Source: Gammaproteobacteria bacterium
Lineage (GTDB): Bacteria > Pseudomonadota > Gammaproteobacteria > Pseudomonadales > Azotimanducaceae
Length of the DNA: 64,000 nt
NCBI GenBank assembly: GCA_002690865.1
Contig: NZGG01000009.1
Span: 20,725 to 84,724 of the forward strand
Reading direction: 5' to 3'
Shown here: piece after piece, positions 50,361-61,925 of the stretch
Numbering within the stretch: position 1 is the stretch's first letter
Layout of the letters: each line of letters begins with the position of its first letter
Notes under the pieces: model-generated
Told to the model about the DNA's origin: nothing
What the model saw: only the letters and a program-made list of their open reading frames with translations
Database searches by the model: none
Translations under genes and position numbers: made by a program

Positions 50361-50816
50361 TTACTCTCCTATAGCTTTTTCTACATCATCGTCCAAATTT
50401 TTGTCTTCAAGAGACTCGTCAGGCGAAACTGGCTCTGCTGGAGATTCTGCTGGAGATTCTGTAACTGGTTCGTTTTCCTTCTTCTCCCGGCTTTCATTCT
50501 CGAGCTTCATAATCGGTGATTCTTCAATATCTGCTTTCTTCCTGCTCATGATTAAGTTTCTTACTACCGCGTCATTAAAGCGAAAAGCCGTATTAATTTC
50601 ATCAAGGACTTCCTTCCCACATTCAATATTCAAAAGAATATAATGAGCTTTATGTATTTTACTAATAGGGAAAGATAACTGGCGCCTACCCCAATCTTCC
50701 GAGCGGTGTATTTTTCCACCGCCTTGAACAATTATATTGGAGTATCTCTCTATCATCCCGGGCACTTGCTCACTTTGATCAGGATGAACTAAAAACACAA
50801 TTTCGTAATGTCTCAT
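50361..50816 (-). CDS. rpsF: 30S ribosomal protein S6
   Basis: 151 aa beginning [18 protein letters not shown], with an acidic C-terminal tail. Its stop lies 2 nt before the rpsR start. There is no priB between them. Confidence 0.97.
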   Translation of the reverse strand: MRHYEIVFLVHPDQSEQVPGMIERYSNIIVQGGGKIHRSEDWGRRQLSFPISKIHKAHYILLNIECGKEVLDEINTAFRFNDAVVRNLIMSRKKADIEESPIMKLENESREKKENEPVTESPAESPAEPVSPDESLEDKNLDDDVEKAIGE

Positions 50817-50926
50817 AACAGCCCCTTACGGTTAATGCTTCCCACATTTTTGTGGTAAAGCAAGGAGTCTAACGGCCCCATCAGGCTGTCTAGCTTGCCG
50901 ACAGATCGAGGGAAAGGGTGCGGATT

Positions 50927-51679
50927 CTAGAGAATTGGCACCCGGGTTGCAAGCTCGCGCTGCCTTTGAATTTCATACAAACAAATTCCAGCAGCTACAG
51001 ACACATTAAAGCCGAGGGAACTCTCTACCATCGGGATGGTAGCTAGGAAGTCACAAGACTCCTTTGTGATGCGTCTTAGTCCTTTATCCTCAGAGCCAAG
51101 TACAAGTGCGACATTCCCAGTCAAATCAAGCTCCGCTAGTGCAGTGCCACTCTCAAGGACAGTACCGACAATCCAAAAATTAGCCTCCTTAAGCAAATTC
51201 ATTGCTCTAGAGATGTTAGATACCTGGATATAGGGAATGATATCTGCTCCACCGGATGCTGACTTAGAAGCTACTGAACTAAGAGGTGCGCTATTATTTT
51301 TTGGAGCAAGAACAGCAGTTGCCCCCAATGTTGCAGCACTTCTGACACATGCGCCTAAATTTCGTGGGTCTGTTATCCCATCGAGTATAAGGAATAGTTT
51401 ATTACTTCCACGCTGATCAATTAAAGTCCTCAAGGACTTTTCTGGTAAGGATCGCGAAGTGATATGAAGGATAACCCCTTGATGATTAGCAGTAATTTTG
51501 TCCATTTGCGCTTTATCACTATAATCAATTTTACAGCCTATCCTACTTGCCTGCTCTTCTATTTCTCGCAATCTTGGTCCGCGACTACCCGATTTAAGTA
51601 TTAGGCAGGAAGGCGTTTTATTCTCTGCAAGAAGATAAGTTCTCACCGCATGAATGCCGTGTATAAAGTCTGAACTCAT
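50927..51679 (-). CDS. rlmB: 23S rRNA (Gm2251) 2'-O-methyltransferase, SpoU/TrmH family
   Basis: 250 aa with SpoU motifs (ILDGITDPRNLGACVRSA, LVLGSEDKGL, IPMVESSLGFNVSVAAGI). 4-nt overlap with rnr, as in the enteric rnr-rlmB pair. Confidence 0.9.
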   Translation of the reverse strand: MSSDFIHGIHAVRTYLLAENKTPSCLILKSGSRGPRLREIEEQASRIGCKIDYSDKAQMDKITANHQGVILHITSRSLPEKSLRTLIDQRGSNKLFLILDGITDPRNLGACVRSAATLGATAVLAPKNNSAPLSSVASKSASGGADIIPYIQVSNISRAMNLLKEANFWIVGTVLESGTALAELDLTGNVALVLGSEDKGLRRITKESCDFLATIPMVESSLGFNVSVAAGICLYEIQRQRELATRVPIL

Positions 51680-53916
51680 TTTCGCTTACCTTTGTATCGA
51701 CTATTTTTACTGTGACTTTGCCTTTTTGAAGAAACTCTGCGTGATAAAGGGTCATGAGATATAATTTCAAGGTCTATTTTTCGTTCATCAGAATTAACTC
51801 TAGCAATCTTTACAGAAACGCTGTCTCCAATACCAAAAATGATTCCCGAACGCTTTCCTATAAGGCACTGCTCGTCCTGTTCAAAATGGTAGTAATCATT
51901 AATCAAATTGCTAACATGAACCATCCCGTCTACATAAAACTTGGTCAACTGGACAAAAAAACCAAAGTTTGTCACATGGGTAATAATACCATCAGCCGTT
52001 TGCCCTATCTCTCCGGCAATATAGTCACACTTCATCCACTCTAACACCTCATAAACAGCTTTCTCAGCGCGCCTTTCAGTAAATGAACAATGCTCGGCAA
52101 TAATATCTAGTCCATCTCGGCCGAAGCTCTGTTCAGTATATGATGGGTTTACAACACGTTTAACCAAACTCGTAGTACTTGTGCTATGTATAATTGATTT
52201 AATTAAACGGTGGGTTACAAGATCAGGATACCTGCGGATAGGAGAGGTAAAGTGAGTGTACATCGTAAAATTCAAACCGTAGTGTCCTGCATTTCTAAGC
52301 TCATACTTAGCCTGAGAAAGCGATCTCAAGATTGCTAATTGCAGTACTTGACCGTTAGGTTTTTTATTTAATTGATCAAGCGCACCTTGGAGATCAACAG
52401 GCGACGGGAGACCCTCTGGTAAGGTCACATTTAGACTATTTAAGAATTTTCTAAGACTAAAAATTTTTTTCTCATCCGGTCGCTCGTGGACACGGTATAG
52501 GCCCTTTAAATTAAGCTCATCGATGAATTTAGCTGCACAAATGTTAGCGCAAAGCATACATTCTTCAATCAATTGCATCGCATCATTTCTAGACTTCTGA
52601 TTGATTGAGCTTATATTCCCATCCTTATCGAACGTAAAATCTAGCTCAGAAGTTTCAAAATCAAGGGCACCACGCTTTTTGCGCCGAACTAAAAGTTTCG
52701 AAACAAGCATTTTGGCCGAAAACAGGGACTTTTCCCATGGCTCCGCGACAAATCCGGCAGCCACCTGATCGTAAGTAAGACGTGCTGTCGAACAGATCAC
52801 CCCCTCGTAGAATTGATATTCCATAACACTACCAGTGTTAGAAATACGAATGTCACATACTAGTACCAAGCGATCCACGCCTGGTTTTAACGAACAAAGG
52901 CCATTTGATAAAGACATGGGTAACATGGGTATCACTGTTCCCGGAAAGTAGACTGAAGTACCTCTTTCGAAAGCGTTTTTATCTAAAGACGAACCCTCCG
53001 TCACATAATGAGCAACATCAGCAATAGCAACGAGAAGACGCCAACCCTCATCTGGGCTTTGCTCACAGTAAATGGCGTCGTCAAAGTCTTTAGCATCTTC
53101 GCCATCGATAGTGATAAAAGGATAAGCACGTAAATCTTCACGAAATTCTGTATTAAAGGATTGCAGTTCTAGATTCGCCGCATCAGAAAGAGCCGTCTCC
53201 GAAAATGTCCTCGGTATTGCGCTATTACGCAACGACTCAGCTATCTTTACCTCAGTCGATAATTGATGACCCAGCACCTCTTTTATTTGACAAGTCGCCA
53301 TTACTTCAAAATCAGGCTGCTTTGTAATTGTCGCGTAAACAATAAGACCCTCTTGCTCCAAACCTGTCTCATCCACCAGAATTTTCTGAGTAATTCGAGG
53401 GTTTACGCTATCTAACATCCATATCAAATTGTCGCGATATAAACGTCCTAAAACAGTTTTTGTATTCTGTTGTACAACCTCTACCAAGTGACCTTGAGAG
53501 CGCCCTCTTCGGTCTCTCCGAAGTATTCGGGCCTCCGCTATATCACCATCAAAAGCACTCTGCATTTCCCTAGGAGACAAAAAAATATTCTCCTTACCTT
53601 GATCTGGAATAAGCGTGCCAGATCCGTTTGCATGACCTACTACTCGACCTCGAATTAATTCTGTTTTACTTGGTGCCGCAAAAGCATTTCTGCCATCAAC
53701 CACTAGCTGCCCCTCTCGAACCATCGCTCTGAGCCTACTCTTTAGGGCTTGACGCAGATCGGTACTATCAAGTTGCAGTTCCTTCGCTAGCCTTTTAAAG
53801 GCGATTGGTTCATTATGATCTACGATAACGGTGAGAATAAATCGACGCGAAGGGATAGGCTTCGCATATTTCAAAGCCTCAATTTCGTAATCCGGATCTA
53901 CCACTTTTTTACTCAT
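51676..53916 (-). CDS. rnr: ribonuclease R
   Basis: 746 aa. Cold-shock-like N-terminal domains, RNB catalytic domain (ITIDGEDAKDFDDAIY, HFTSPIRRYPDL), S1 domain and a basic C-terminal tail. Confidence 0.96.
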   Translation of the reverse strand: MSKKVVDPDYEIEALKYAKPIPSRRFILTVIVDHNEPIAFKRLAKELQLDSTDLRQALKSRLRAMVREGQLVVDGRNAFAAPSKTELIRGRVVGHANGSGTLIPDQGKENIFLSPREMQSAFDGDIAEARILRRDRRGRSQGHLVEVVQQNTKTVLGRLYRDNLIWMLDSVNPRITQKILVDETGLEQEGLIVYATITKQPDFEVMATCQIKEVLGHQLSTEVKIAESLRNSAIPRTFSETALSDAANLELQSFNTEFREDLRAYPFITIDGEDAKDFDDAIYCEQSPDEGWRLLVAIADVAHYVTEGSSLDKNAFERGTSVYFPGTVIPMLPMSLSNGLCSLKPGVDRLVLVCDIRISNTGSVMEYQFYEGVICSTARLTYDQVAAGFVAEPWEKSLFSAKMLVSKLLVRRKKRGALDFETSELDFTFDKDGNISSINQKSRNDAMQLIEECMLCANICAAKFIDELNLKGLYRVHERPDEKKIFSLRKFLNSLNVTLPEGLPSPVDLQGALDQLNKKPNGQVLQLAILRSLSQAKYELRNAGHYGLNFTMYTHFTSPIRRYPDLVTHRLIKSIIHSTSTTSLVKRVVNPSYTEQSFGRDGLDIIAEHCSFTERRAEKAVYEVLEWMKCDYIAGEIGQTADGIITHVTNFGFFVQLTKFYVDGMVHVSNLINDYYHFEQDEQCLIGKRSGIIFGIGDSVSVKIARVNSDERKIDLEIISHDPLSRRVSSKRQSHSKNSRYKGKRK

Positions 53917-53970
53917 AAACTCTCGATAATTGACAGATTTATAGCGCGCTAGTAACCTTTCCCGTCCTGC

Positions 53971-54057
53971 GCCGAGGTGGTGAAATTGGTAGACACGCTA
54001 GCTTCAGGTGCTAGTGGGGGAAACCCCGTGGAGGTTCAAGTCCTCTTCTCGGCACCA
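53971..54057 (+). tRNA. tRNA-Leu (anticodon CAG)
   Basis: GCCGAGGTGGTGAAATTGGTAGACACGCTAGCTTCAGGTGCTAGTGGGGGAAACCCCGTGGAGGTTCAAGTCCTCTTCTCGGCACCA. It has a long variable arm and an encoded CCA. Confidence 0.95.
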
Positions 54058-54279
54058 ACGCAAAAAGAACGTTGTGCCTATCTTATTCATTTATAGAATA
54101 AATAGCTCTTACGGACCCTCTCAATAAAACACACGCGAATCACAAACCTCAAAACAAAACCCAAAGCGCGTCGCCCCAAACAATATCTTGCTATCAAAGA
54201 AGCATGACTATAGCACTATCAATCGAGCACACCGCTCTCTAGGAAGAGCAAAAAATATTATTAACGAACCCAAGACCAC

Positions 54280-55584
54280 CTAATCGATAATCGCCTTGCC
54301 AATGATTTTTGCGAATTTTCTACCAACGTTACTACCGGACTGTTGTAGCATGAGCACCCCTACCAGATCATTTTCGGGATCCGTCCAGTGTAACGTGCCG
54401 GCTGCCCCACCCCATCCGAATGCGCCTATCCCCCTTCCATTGTCAGCGGCGATAGGATCCAACGTGACAGAAACGGCGTAGCCAAAGCCCATCCCCTTTT
54501 GGGCCTTTACACCCTTGCCTGAGGTCGCAAAAAGATCACCAACCTGGTTCGTACCCATCATCTTTACGGTTTCTGGTCGCAATAAACGGTGTCCAAACAA
54601 CTCGCCGCCATTAAGCAACATCTGTTCGAAATGAAGAAAATCTTCAACTGTACTAACTAGTCCACCACCACCCTTACTTTTATAAGCTTCCATCAAGACT
54701 AGTTTCGATACCTTCTCCCTCGGCACATGGAAATGTGTGTTATTCATTTCCAAAGGGTCGAATATCCGTTTTTGCATAAATTCATTGAATGGGGTTTCAG
54801 AAACGATTTCGATAATGCGTGGCAATACACTATGAATGCCGACATTACCGTAGACAAAACGCGTACCAGGCTGAAAGGCTAGTGGCGCCGTCGCTAGCTT
54901 GGGAACGTAGGTTGCAAGCGAATCACCTTTATTTCGCAATATTGCCCGACGGGGGAGACCCGACGTATGCGTAAGCAGATGATGAATAGTAAGTGGTATC
55001 TCAGAAGGTACGAGCTGCTGAAGTGGCTCATCTACTTTCCCCTTACTAACCTTTCGTTTACTCTTGTCCCATTCCTTACTCTTATTACCCTTTTTTTCTT
55101 TATTCCACTCTTTTTTGCCATCCATTTTTGGCGATTTGACTGAGACGACAACTTTCTGATTGGCAAACTCCGGAATGAATTTTGATATCGGATCGCTCAA
55201 ACTTATCAGTCCTTCGTCAACTAACATTAAGGTGGCAACACCAATCACTGGCTTCGCCGAGGAAGCCATAATATATAAAGCGTCAGTCTCCATAGCTCGG
55301 CTTTTTTCGACATTCATCTCTCCATGCGTCGAGAAGTGAACGACCTTCCCTCGTCGCGCCACTATAGTGGCTCCACCCTGGATACGCCCAGCGTCCATCT
55401 GTTCCCTCATAATTTCATCGATACGACCCAGGACTTCCGTAGACATACCTACCGACTCCGCCTTGGCCTTCGGCATCTTTGTAGGTGTATGCATTGGTTC
55501 CGCTGACAATTCTGGAACCATGGAAACTAGCGAAATGGCTAAAAGTACTGCTGTTGCATTGACTCTAAATAATTTGTTCGTCAT
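54280..55584 (-). CDS. secreted serine hydrolase of the beta-lactamase/PBP-like (class C / family VIII esterase) fold
   Basis: 434 aa with a signal peptide. SxxK (ASSAK), YxN (YGN) and C-terminal GWGGAAG. Carries a roughly 37-aa Lys-rich insertion (55027-55137). Confidence 0.8.
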   Translation of the reverse strand: MTNKLFRVNATAVLLAISLVSMVPELSAEPMHTPTKMPKAKAESVGMSTEVLGRIDEIMREQMDAGRIQGGATIVARRGKVVHFSTHGEMNVEKSRAMETDALYIMASSAKPVIGVATLMLVDEGLISLSDPISKFIPEFANQKVVVSVKSPKMDGKKEWNKEKKGNKSKEWDKSKRKVSKGKVDEPLQQLVPSEIPLTIHHLLTHTSGLPRRAILRNKGDSLATYVPKLATAPLAFQPGTRFVYGNVGIHSVLPRIIEIVSETPFNEFMQKRIFDPLEMNNTHFHVPREKVSKLVLMEAYKSKGGGGLVSTVEDFLHFEQMLLNGGELFGHRLLRPETVKMMGTNQVGDLFATSGKGVKAQKGMGFGYAVSVTLDPIAADNGRGIGAFGWGGAAGTLHWTDPENDLVGVLMLQQSGSNVGRKFAKIIGKAIID

Positions 55585-55830
55585 AAACTTTCCTAAGAGG
55601 GTCTAAGGGGATTTATCTTGCGATAGAAGGAGTTAACAGCCGCCTTACCGTAAAACCAGCAACGCCATGCATTCAACTCTTGTGTCTATTATAATTCTAT
55701 TTTCTACTCCGTTTCAGGGTAGTACATCACTCTTTCTAGCCCCAAATCGCGTAAAAAACGGCCAAGCGGACTATCGACACGTACAACAAAGGTAGGGTGA
55801 ATTTTTATTGAGCACCTTAAATCTCTTTAA

Positions 55831-57111
<1,281 letters not shown>

Positions 57112-57300
57112 TTACCGAATCAAACAAAGCAGTGTGGTACCGATCAACATGCTCAAAAGACCAATGAAACGAATGCCACTCGTCCCTGTTTCTGAGATAG
57201 TTAGCATTGCTTTCTTCCAATAGCGGGGGAATAAAAACGGTAGAATACCCTCGATTACTAGGACGAGACAAAGGGCCAACCCCAACTCATACCACAGCAC
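57112..57300 (-). CDS. yjeT: DUF2065 small membrane protein (YjeT-like)
   Basis: 62 aa. LALCLVLVIEGILPFLFPRYWKKAM aligns with E. coli YjeT (LALALVLVLEGLGPMLYPKAWKKMI). Same position between hflC and purA. GTG start. Confidence 0.8.
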   Translation of the reverse strand: MLWYELGLALCLVLVIEGILPFLFPRYWKKAMLTISETGTSGIRFIGLLSMLIGTTLLCLIR

Positions 57301-57328
57301 TACTTATATCTTCAATCTTATACAAGGA

Positions 57329-58201
57329 TTAGTTTCTACCACTATCATTCATGTATTTAAAATAATCACTATCAGTATCTATCAGTAGCACATCACTCTT
57401 GCTGCTAAAGGAATTTTTATAAGCATCCATACTACGATAAAACTTATAGAATTCTCTATCTTTAGTAAAAGCTGAAGCGTAAATTGAAGCAGCTTCGGCA
57501 TCCCCTTCTCCGCGGATTTTTTCTGACTCGCTATACGCAGAGGCTAGAATAACCTCTCTTTGCTTTTCAGCATCAGCACTTATTCCAACCGCAAGTTCTT
57601 GACCTTTCGCTCGATGCTCCCTCGCCTCGATATCACGCTCAGTATTCATACGATCGTAAACGGACTGACTAACCTCAGGCGGCAAATCAATACGCTTCAC
57701 CCTCACATCAATAACCGATACTCCAAGCTCTTCCTTCGTTACCTCATTAAGCTCTGTCGTCAAAACTTGCATTAATTGATCCCGTTCACCAGAGACCACC
57801 TCATATAACGTTCGACTAGAAATCTCATTACGAAGGCCAGTATTGATGCGCTGCTTAAGTAACTGTTCAGCTAGGCCCTCATCTCCTGAGGTTGCTGTAT
57901 AGTAAATCGCTACATTTTCTATCCTGTACTTTGCAAACGAATCAACTATAACGGCCTTTTTCTCCAGCGTTAGAAATCTTTCCGGAGGCGCATCAGAAGT
58001 CAGCACTCGACCATCAAACTTTCTTACATCATTGATGAATGGCCACTTGAAATGTAGGCCAGGTCCAATATCAGCTCGCTTCACCGCACCAAATTCGAGC
58101 AACACGGCTCGCTCCATCTCATTAACGATAAATAATGAGTTCGTTCCTAGTACGACAAATGCGAAAAGTATAAATGTAATTACGAATTTCATTGCAGACA
58201 T
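57329..58201 (-). CDS. hflC: FtsH modulator HflC
   Basis: SPFH/band-7 protein with an N-terminal TM segment. It follows hflK. ATG at 58201. Confidence 0.93.
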   Translation of the reverse strand: MSAMKFVITFILFAFVVLGTNSLFIVNEMERAVLLEFGAVKRADIGPGLHFKWPFINDVRKFDGRVLTSDAPPERFLTLEKKAVIVDSFAKYRIENVAIYYTATSGDEGLAEQLLKQRINTGLRNEISSRTLYEVVSGERDQLMQVLTTELNEVTKEELGVSVIDVRVKRIDLPPEVSQSVYDRMNTERDIEAREHRAKGQELAVGISADAEKQREVILASAYSESEKIRGEGDAEAASIYASAFTKDREFYKFYRSMDAYKNSFSSKSDVLLIDTDSDYFKYMNDSGRN

Positions 58202-58203
58202 CA

Positions 58204-59322
58204 CTACCTCCTATCTCTGCGACTATTTGAAGAAGACTTATCCAGTGAGGAAGTACGCTCAGAGGAGGTGCTCTCTGAGGGAGCCTGATTTTGTTGCATA
58301 ATTTTATCCAAAGGCAGATACAGTAGATTGTTTCCACCCTCAACATCTATCATCACCTTAGTACTACTCCTCATTACTGACTCAATGGTATCCAGATAAA
58401 TTCTCTCACGAGTTACTTCAGGAGCCAGCTCGTACTCTACGTAAAGCTTGTTAAAACGGTCTGCTTCACCCGTAGCTTCCGCTATCCTAGACTGCTTATA
58501 TCCTTCAGCTTGCTCGAGGTAGCGCTGAGCTTCACCTCGCGCTTCTGGAATGACCTGATTCGCATAAGCATCAGCCTCGTTTCTCAATCTGACCTCATCT
58601 TCTCTTGCCTTAATTACATCATCAAATGCTGCTCTAACTGCATCGGGAGGAGCAGTTTCTTCGATATTCACTTGCGTTACTTGGATACCTGTACCATAAC
58701 GTTCCATATAAGTCTGTATACGTTCCCGCACATCTGAGGCTAGTTGGGCACGTCCCTCCGTCAAAACCTGATGCATCTCTGTGCTTCCCACAACATGACG
58801 CAATGCGCTTTCTGTTGATTGGTAAAGGCTCTGATCTGGCGACTTAACTTGAAGCTTATACTTTCTTATATCACTGATAACATACTGAACAGTCATCTTA
58901 ACTTTAACTATGTTCTCATCTTCAGTAAGCATTTCAGAGTCATGGGGACGGGATCTAACCCGAGTAACGTTCTCAATAAGAACTCTATCAATTAACGGAG
59001 GATTCCAATGCAAACCCGGCATGATAATTTCAGGAGTGAGTTTCCCGAATCTAAGGACAACACCCTTTTCTTGCTCATCGACTTGATAAACGCCTAAACC
59101 GAGATAAATCAGGACCAGCAAAAGGATTCCCAGCCCGACAATATTAAAGTTAATAGGCTTCGCAGAACCCCCTGAACCCCCTATGCTTGATTTGCCACCA
59201 AACATCTGAGACAAACTATTTTGCAGTTTACGAAAGGCCTCATCTAGATCAGGAGGTCCTTGATCCCCACCATTACCCCAGGGATCACGATCTTTTCCAC
59301 CACCAGGCTCATTCCACGCCAT
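58204..59322 (-). CDS. hflK: FtsH modulator HflK
   Basis: MAWNEPGGGKDRDPWGNGGDQGPPDLDEAFRKL aligns with the E. coli HflK N-terminus. SPFH domain. Start trimmed to the ATG at 59322. Confidence 0.94.
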   Translation of the reverse strand: MAWNEPGGGKDRDPWGNGGDQGPPDLDEAFRKLQNSLSQMFGGKSSIGGSGGSAKPINFNIVGLGILLLVLIYLGLGVYQVDEQEKGVVLRFGKLTPEIIMPGLHWNPPLIDRVLIENVTRVRSRPHDSEMLTEDENIVKVKMTVQYVISDIRKYKLQVKSPDQSLYQSTESALRHVVGSTEMHQVLTEGRAQLASDVRERIQTYMERYGTGIQVTQVNIEETAPPDAVRAAFDDVIKAREDEVRLRNEADAYANQVIPEARGEAQRYLEQAEGYKQSRIAEATGEADRFNKLYVEYELAPEVTRERIYLDTIESVMRSSTKVMIDVEGGNNLLYLPLDKIMQQNQAPSESTSSERTSSLDKSSSNSRRDRR

Positions 59323-59390
59323 CTGTTTTCTCCACAATCATTTATCAAGGGGGAGATGTATTCTCCCATTTTTTTAACTTCAAAGGCCAG

Positions 59391-60677
59391 CTACTTCACT
59401 AGTTCCTGCCTTTGGATCCGATCTAAGTCTCGTTGATCAATTCTAAGTTGAACATGGATAACACCACCACAATCTGTTTCCTCATTTACTACTGCGCCAA
59501 GTGCGAACAGTTTAGATCGAAGACTACCTTCGTGAGGCTGAAGCTCAATTTTTGTTTCTATTAAATTTTCCGCCAATAATTCACCAATAGCAACCCGAAG
59601 TAAGTTGAGCCCATGGCCCGACCGAGCAGATACCCAGACCTTGATAGGTCGACCGAACGAGTCTCTTTGCACACGCTCTTTAACCCCAGAGATATCAATC
59701 TTATTATACACAAGCAAAGTTGGAATCTGACGGGCACCAATTTCCCCGAGAACGGTTTCTACTTCACCTATACGTTCTAAACGAAAATCCGCCGATTCAT
59801 CTACAATGTGCAAGATTAAATCCGCCGATGAAACTTCTTCCAAAGTTGCTCGAAATGCATCTACTAATGTATGCGGGAGTTGACGAATGAATCCCACTGT
59901 ATCTGACATTATAATATTACCTACTATCGGGATCGGAACCTGTCGCAAAGTAGGATCCAATGTAGCAAACAGCTGATCAGCTTCCCAAACACTCGCCGTG
60001 CAAAGTCGATTAAATAACGTTGACTTACCGGCATTAGTATATCCTGCTAATGACACTGTCTTTATATCCGAGCGTTTTCTCGAGCGGCGATTTTGATTAC
60101 GCTGCCTCCTTACCTTATCAAGCCGCATCGCGACACGACGAGTTCGTTGATGGAGCATACGCTGATCCGCCTCTAGCTGAGTCTCACCAGCACCAGCTAA
60201 GCCAGAAGCGGAGCCAGCTCCGCGACCTGAACCACCTCTTTGTCGATCAAGGTGAGTCCAACCCCGAACAAGACGCGTGGAGGCATGTGCCAATTGTGCC
60301 AGCTCTACTTGCAGCTTACCCTCATGGGTACGAGCTCTTTGGCTGAAAATTTGCAGAATTAGACCTGTCCGATCGATCACTCGAACGCCGAGGGCTCTTT
60401 CAAGATTTCGCTCCTGGGATGGGGCTAATTCAGCATCAAAAACTATCAAATCTATCGGCGTACCACGCAAAAATGCTATAATTTCATTAACCTTACCTTG
60501 ACCAAGGAAAGTTGCTGGGTGCGGATTACGCCGACTACTTATTATGCATTCAATAGGCCTTAGACTTGCGGATTCAGCAAGCTCTATAAGCTCTTCTGGG
60601 CTAGCCAAATCAGAATCAGATCTGTTAACGTGGACAAGAAGGGCACGGCTTCCTGAGTCTGGCCTTTCAAAAAACAA
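59391..60677 (-). CDS. hflX: ribosome-associated GTPase HflX
   Basis: 428 aa. (M)FERPDSGSRALLVHV aligns with E. coli MFDRYDAGEQAVLVHI. Also GYTNAGKSTLFN, DTVGF and NKID. TTG start. Confidence 0.95.
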   Translation of the reverse strand: MFFERPDSGSRALLVHVNRSDSDLASPEELIELAESASLRPIECIISSRRNPHPATFLGQGKVNEIIAFLRGTPIDLIVFDAELAPSQERNLERALGVRVIDRTGLILQIFSQRARTHEGKLQVELAQLAHASTRLVRGWTHLDRQRGGSGRGAGSASGLAGAGETQLEADQRMLHQRTRRVAMRLDKVRRQRNQNRRSRKRSDIKTVSLAGYTNAGKSTLFNRLCTASVWEADQLFATLDPTLRQVPIPIVGNIIMSDTVGFIRQLPHTLVDAFRATLEEVSSADLILHIVDESADFRLERIGEVETVLGEIGARQIPTLLVYNKIDISGVKERVQRDSFGRPIKVWVSARSGHGLNLLRVAIGELLAENLIETKIELQPHEGSLRSKLFALGAVVNEETDCGGVIHVQLRIDQRDLDRIQRQELVK

Positions 60678-60698
60678 TGGGTATCCATATTAAACAAA

Positions 60699-60929
60699 TC
60701 ATTTAACTGGCTCGATCTCAATATCCACATTACGAGACGGAACAACAGTTGATATGGCTGATTTATAAATCATCTGGCTCACCGTATTCCGTAACAGAAC
60801 TACGAATTGATCAAATGACTCAATCTCGCCTTGTAACTTTATTCCACTTACCAAATAAATTGATACTGGAATACGCTCCTTCCTCAACGCATTAAGGAAG
60901 GGATCTTGTAAGGATTGTCCTTTTGACAT
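60699..60929 (-). CDS. hfq: RNA chaperone Hfq
   Basis: 76 aa beginning [46 protein letters not shown]. Confidence 0.98.
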   Translation of the reverse strand: MSKGQSLQDPFLNALRKERIPVSIYLVSGIKLQGEIESFDQFVVLLRNTVSQMIYKSAISTVVPSRNVDIEIEPVK

Positions 60930-60971
60930 TTAACACTCCTCTCTAGACTTACTTAATAAAGAATCGGTTAG

Positions 60972-61925
60972 TCAATCGTCTAAGGCGAACTGACTATCCC
61001 CTGACAATATGGTGTTGACTATAGGAATTTTCAAGAGTTCTTTATAGTCAGGCTTTTCAAGAATGTGAAGATTCTGCCATGAGTTCAACCAAGTGCATTG
61101 GTGCTTCGCTAGACGACGCGTGGACACTAAAGCCTGCTGTATCATATCATCAAAGGATATTTGATTATCCAAATAAGCCCATATTTGCCTGTAACCCACG
61201 GCTTTCATAGAAGGCATTTCGCTATTTAAATCTTCACGTTCAAAAAGATTCCTTACCTCTTCAATAAACCCCACCTCCAGCATCCTAGCGAGCCGTCGTT
61301 CTATTCTCTGATGGAGAATTTCTCGTTTAGGAACTATCGCCACCTCAACTAATTCGAAAGGTGATAATCGATTGCCTGCTTCATGATGTTCCGTAAGCGA
61401 GCGCCCAGTGATTTGATAAACTTCTAAAGCTCGTTGCAATCTTTGTCGATCGTTGGCATTAATCCTCGCAGCAGCTTTTGGATCAACTTCCGCTAAATGC
61501 TTGTGAATAGCTGGCCAACCGGAACTTTTAGCCTCGCGCAGAATGGCCTTTCTAATATCATTATTTGCCGCCGGCAACCGAGCAATACCATACTTCAAAG
61601 CTCTCAAATAAAGCATTGTCCCTCCTACTAAGCAAGGAATTTTCCCTCGACTTAATATATCAATAACTATATTTGTCGAATCGTCCAGAAAATCTGCAGC
61701 GGAATAGACATCTGCAGGATCACGAATATCGATAAGATGGTGACGAATGCGCTGTCTAACTAAAATGCTGGGTTTTGCTGTACCAATATCCATCCCTTTA
61801 TACACGGCCGCGGAATCAACACAAACAATTTCCATTGGAAATTCTTCCGTCAGCTCTTCTGCAAGTAGCGACTTTCCGCTAGCTGTGGGTCCTGTGATAA
61901 CTAAAACCCGCGGTTTATTGCTCAC
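60972..61925 (-). CDS. miaA: tRNA dimethylallyltransferase
   Basis: 317 aa with the P-loop GPTASGKS. GTG start overlapping the mutL stop (GTGA). Confidence 0.94.
   Translation of the reverse strand: MSNKPRVLVITGPTASGKSLLAEELTEEFPMEIVCVDSAAVYKGMDIGTAKPSILVRQRIRHHLIDIRDPADVYSAADFLDDSTNIVIDILSRGKIPCLVGGTMLYLRALKYGIARLPAANNDIRKAILREAKSSGWPAIHKHLAEVDPKAAARINANDRQRLQRALEVYQITGRSLTEHHEAGNRLSPFELVEVAIVPKREILHQRIERRLARMLEVGFIEEVRNLFEREDLNSEMPSMKAVGYRQIWAYLDNQISFDDMIQQALVSTRRLAKHQCTWLNSWQNLHILEKPDYKELLKIPIVNTILSGDSQFALDD

Noticed and set aside
7080-54057. The two tRNA-Leu genes (7080-7166 and 53971-54057) share nearly identical D, variable and T arms. Considered as a dispersed repeat or a recombination substrate.
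   Set aside because: They are ordinary isoacceptors (GAG vs CAG) that differ in the anticodon stem and acceptor stem. The similarity is expected for paralogous tRNAs.
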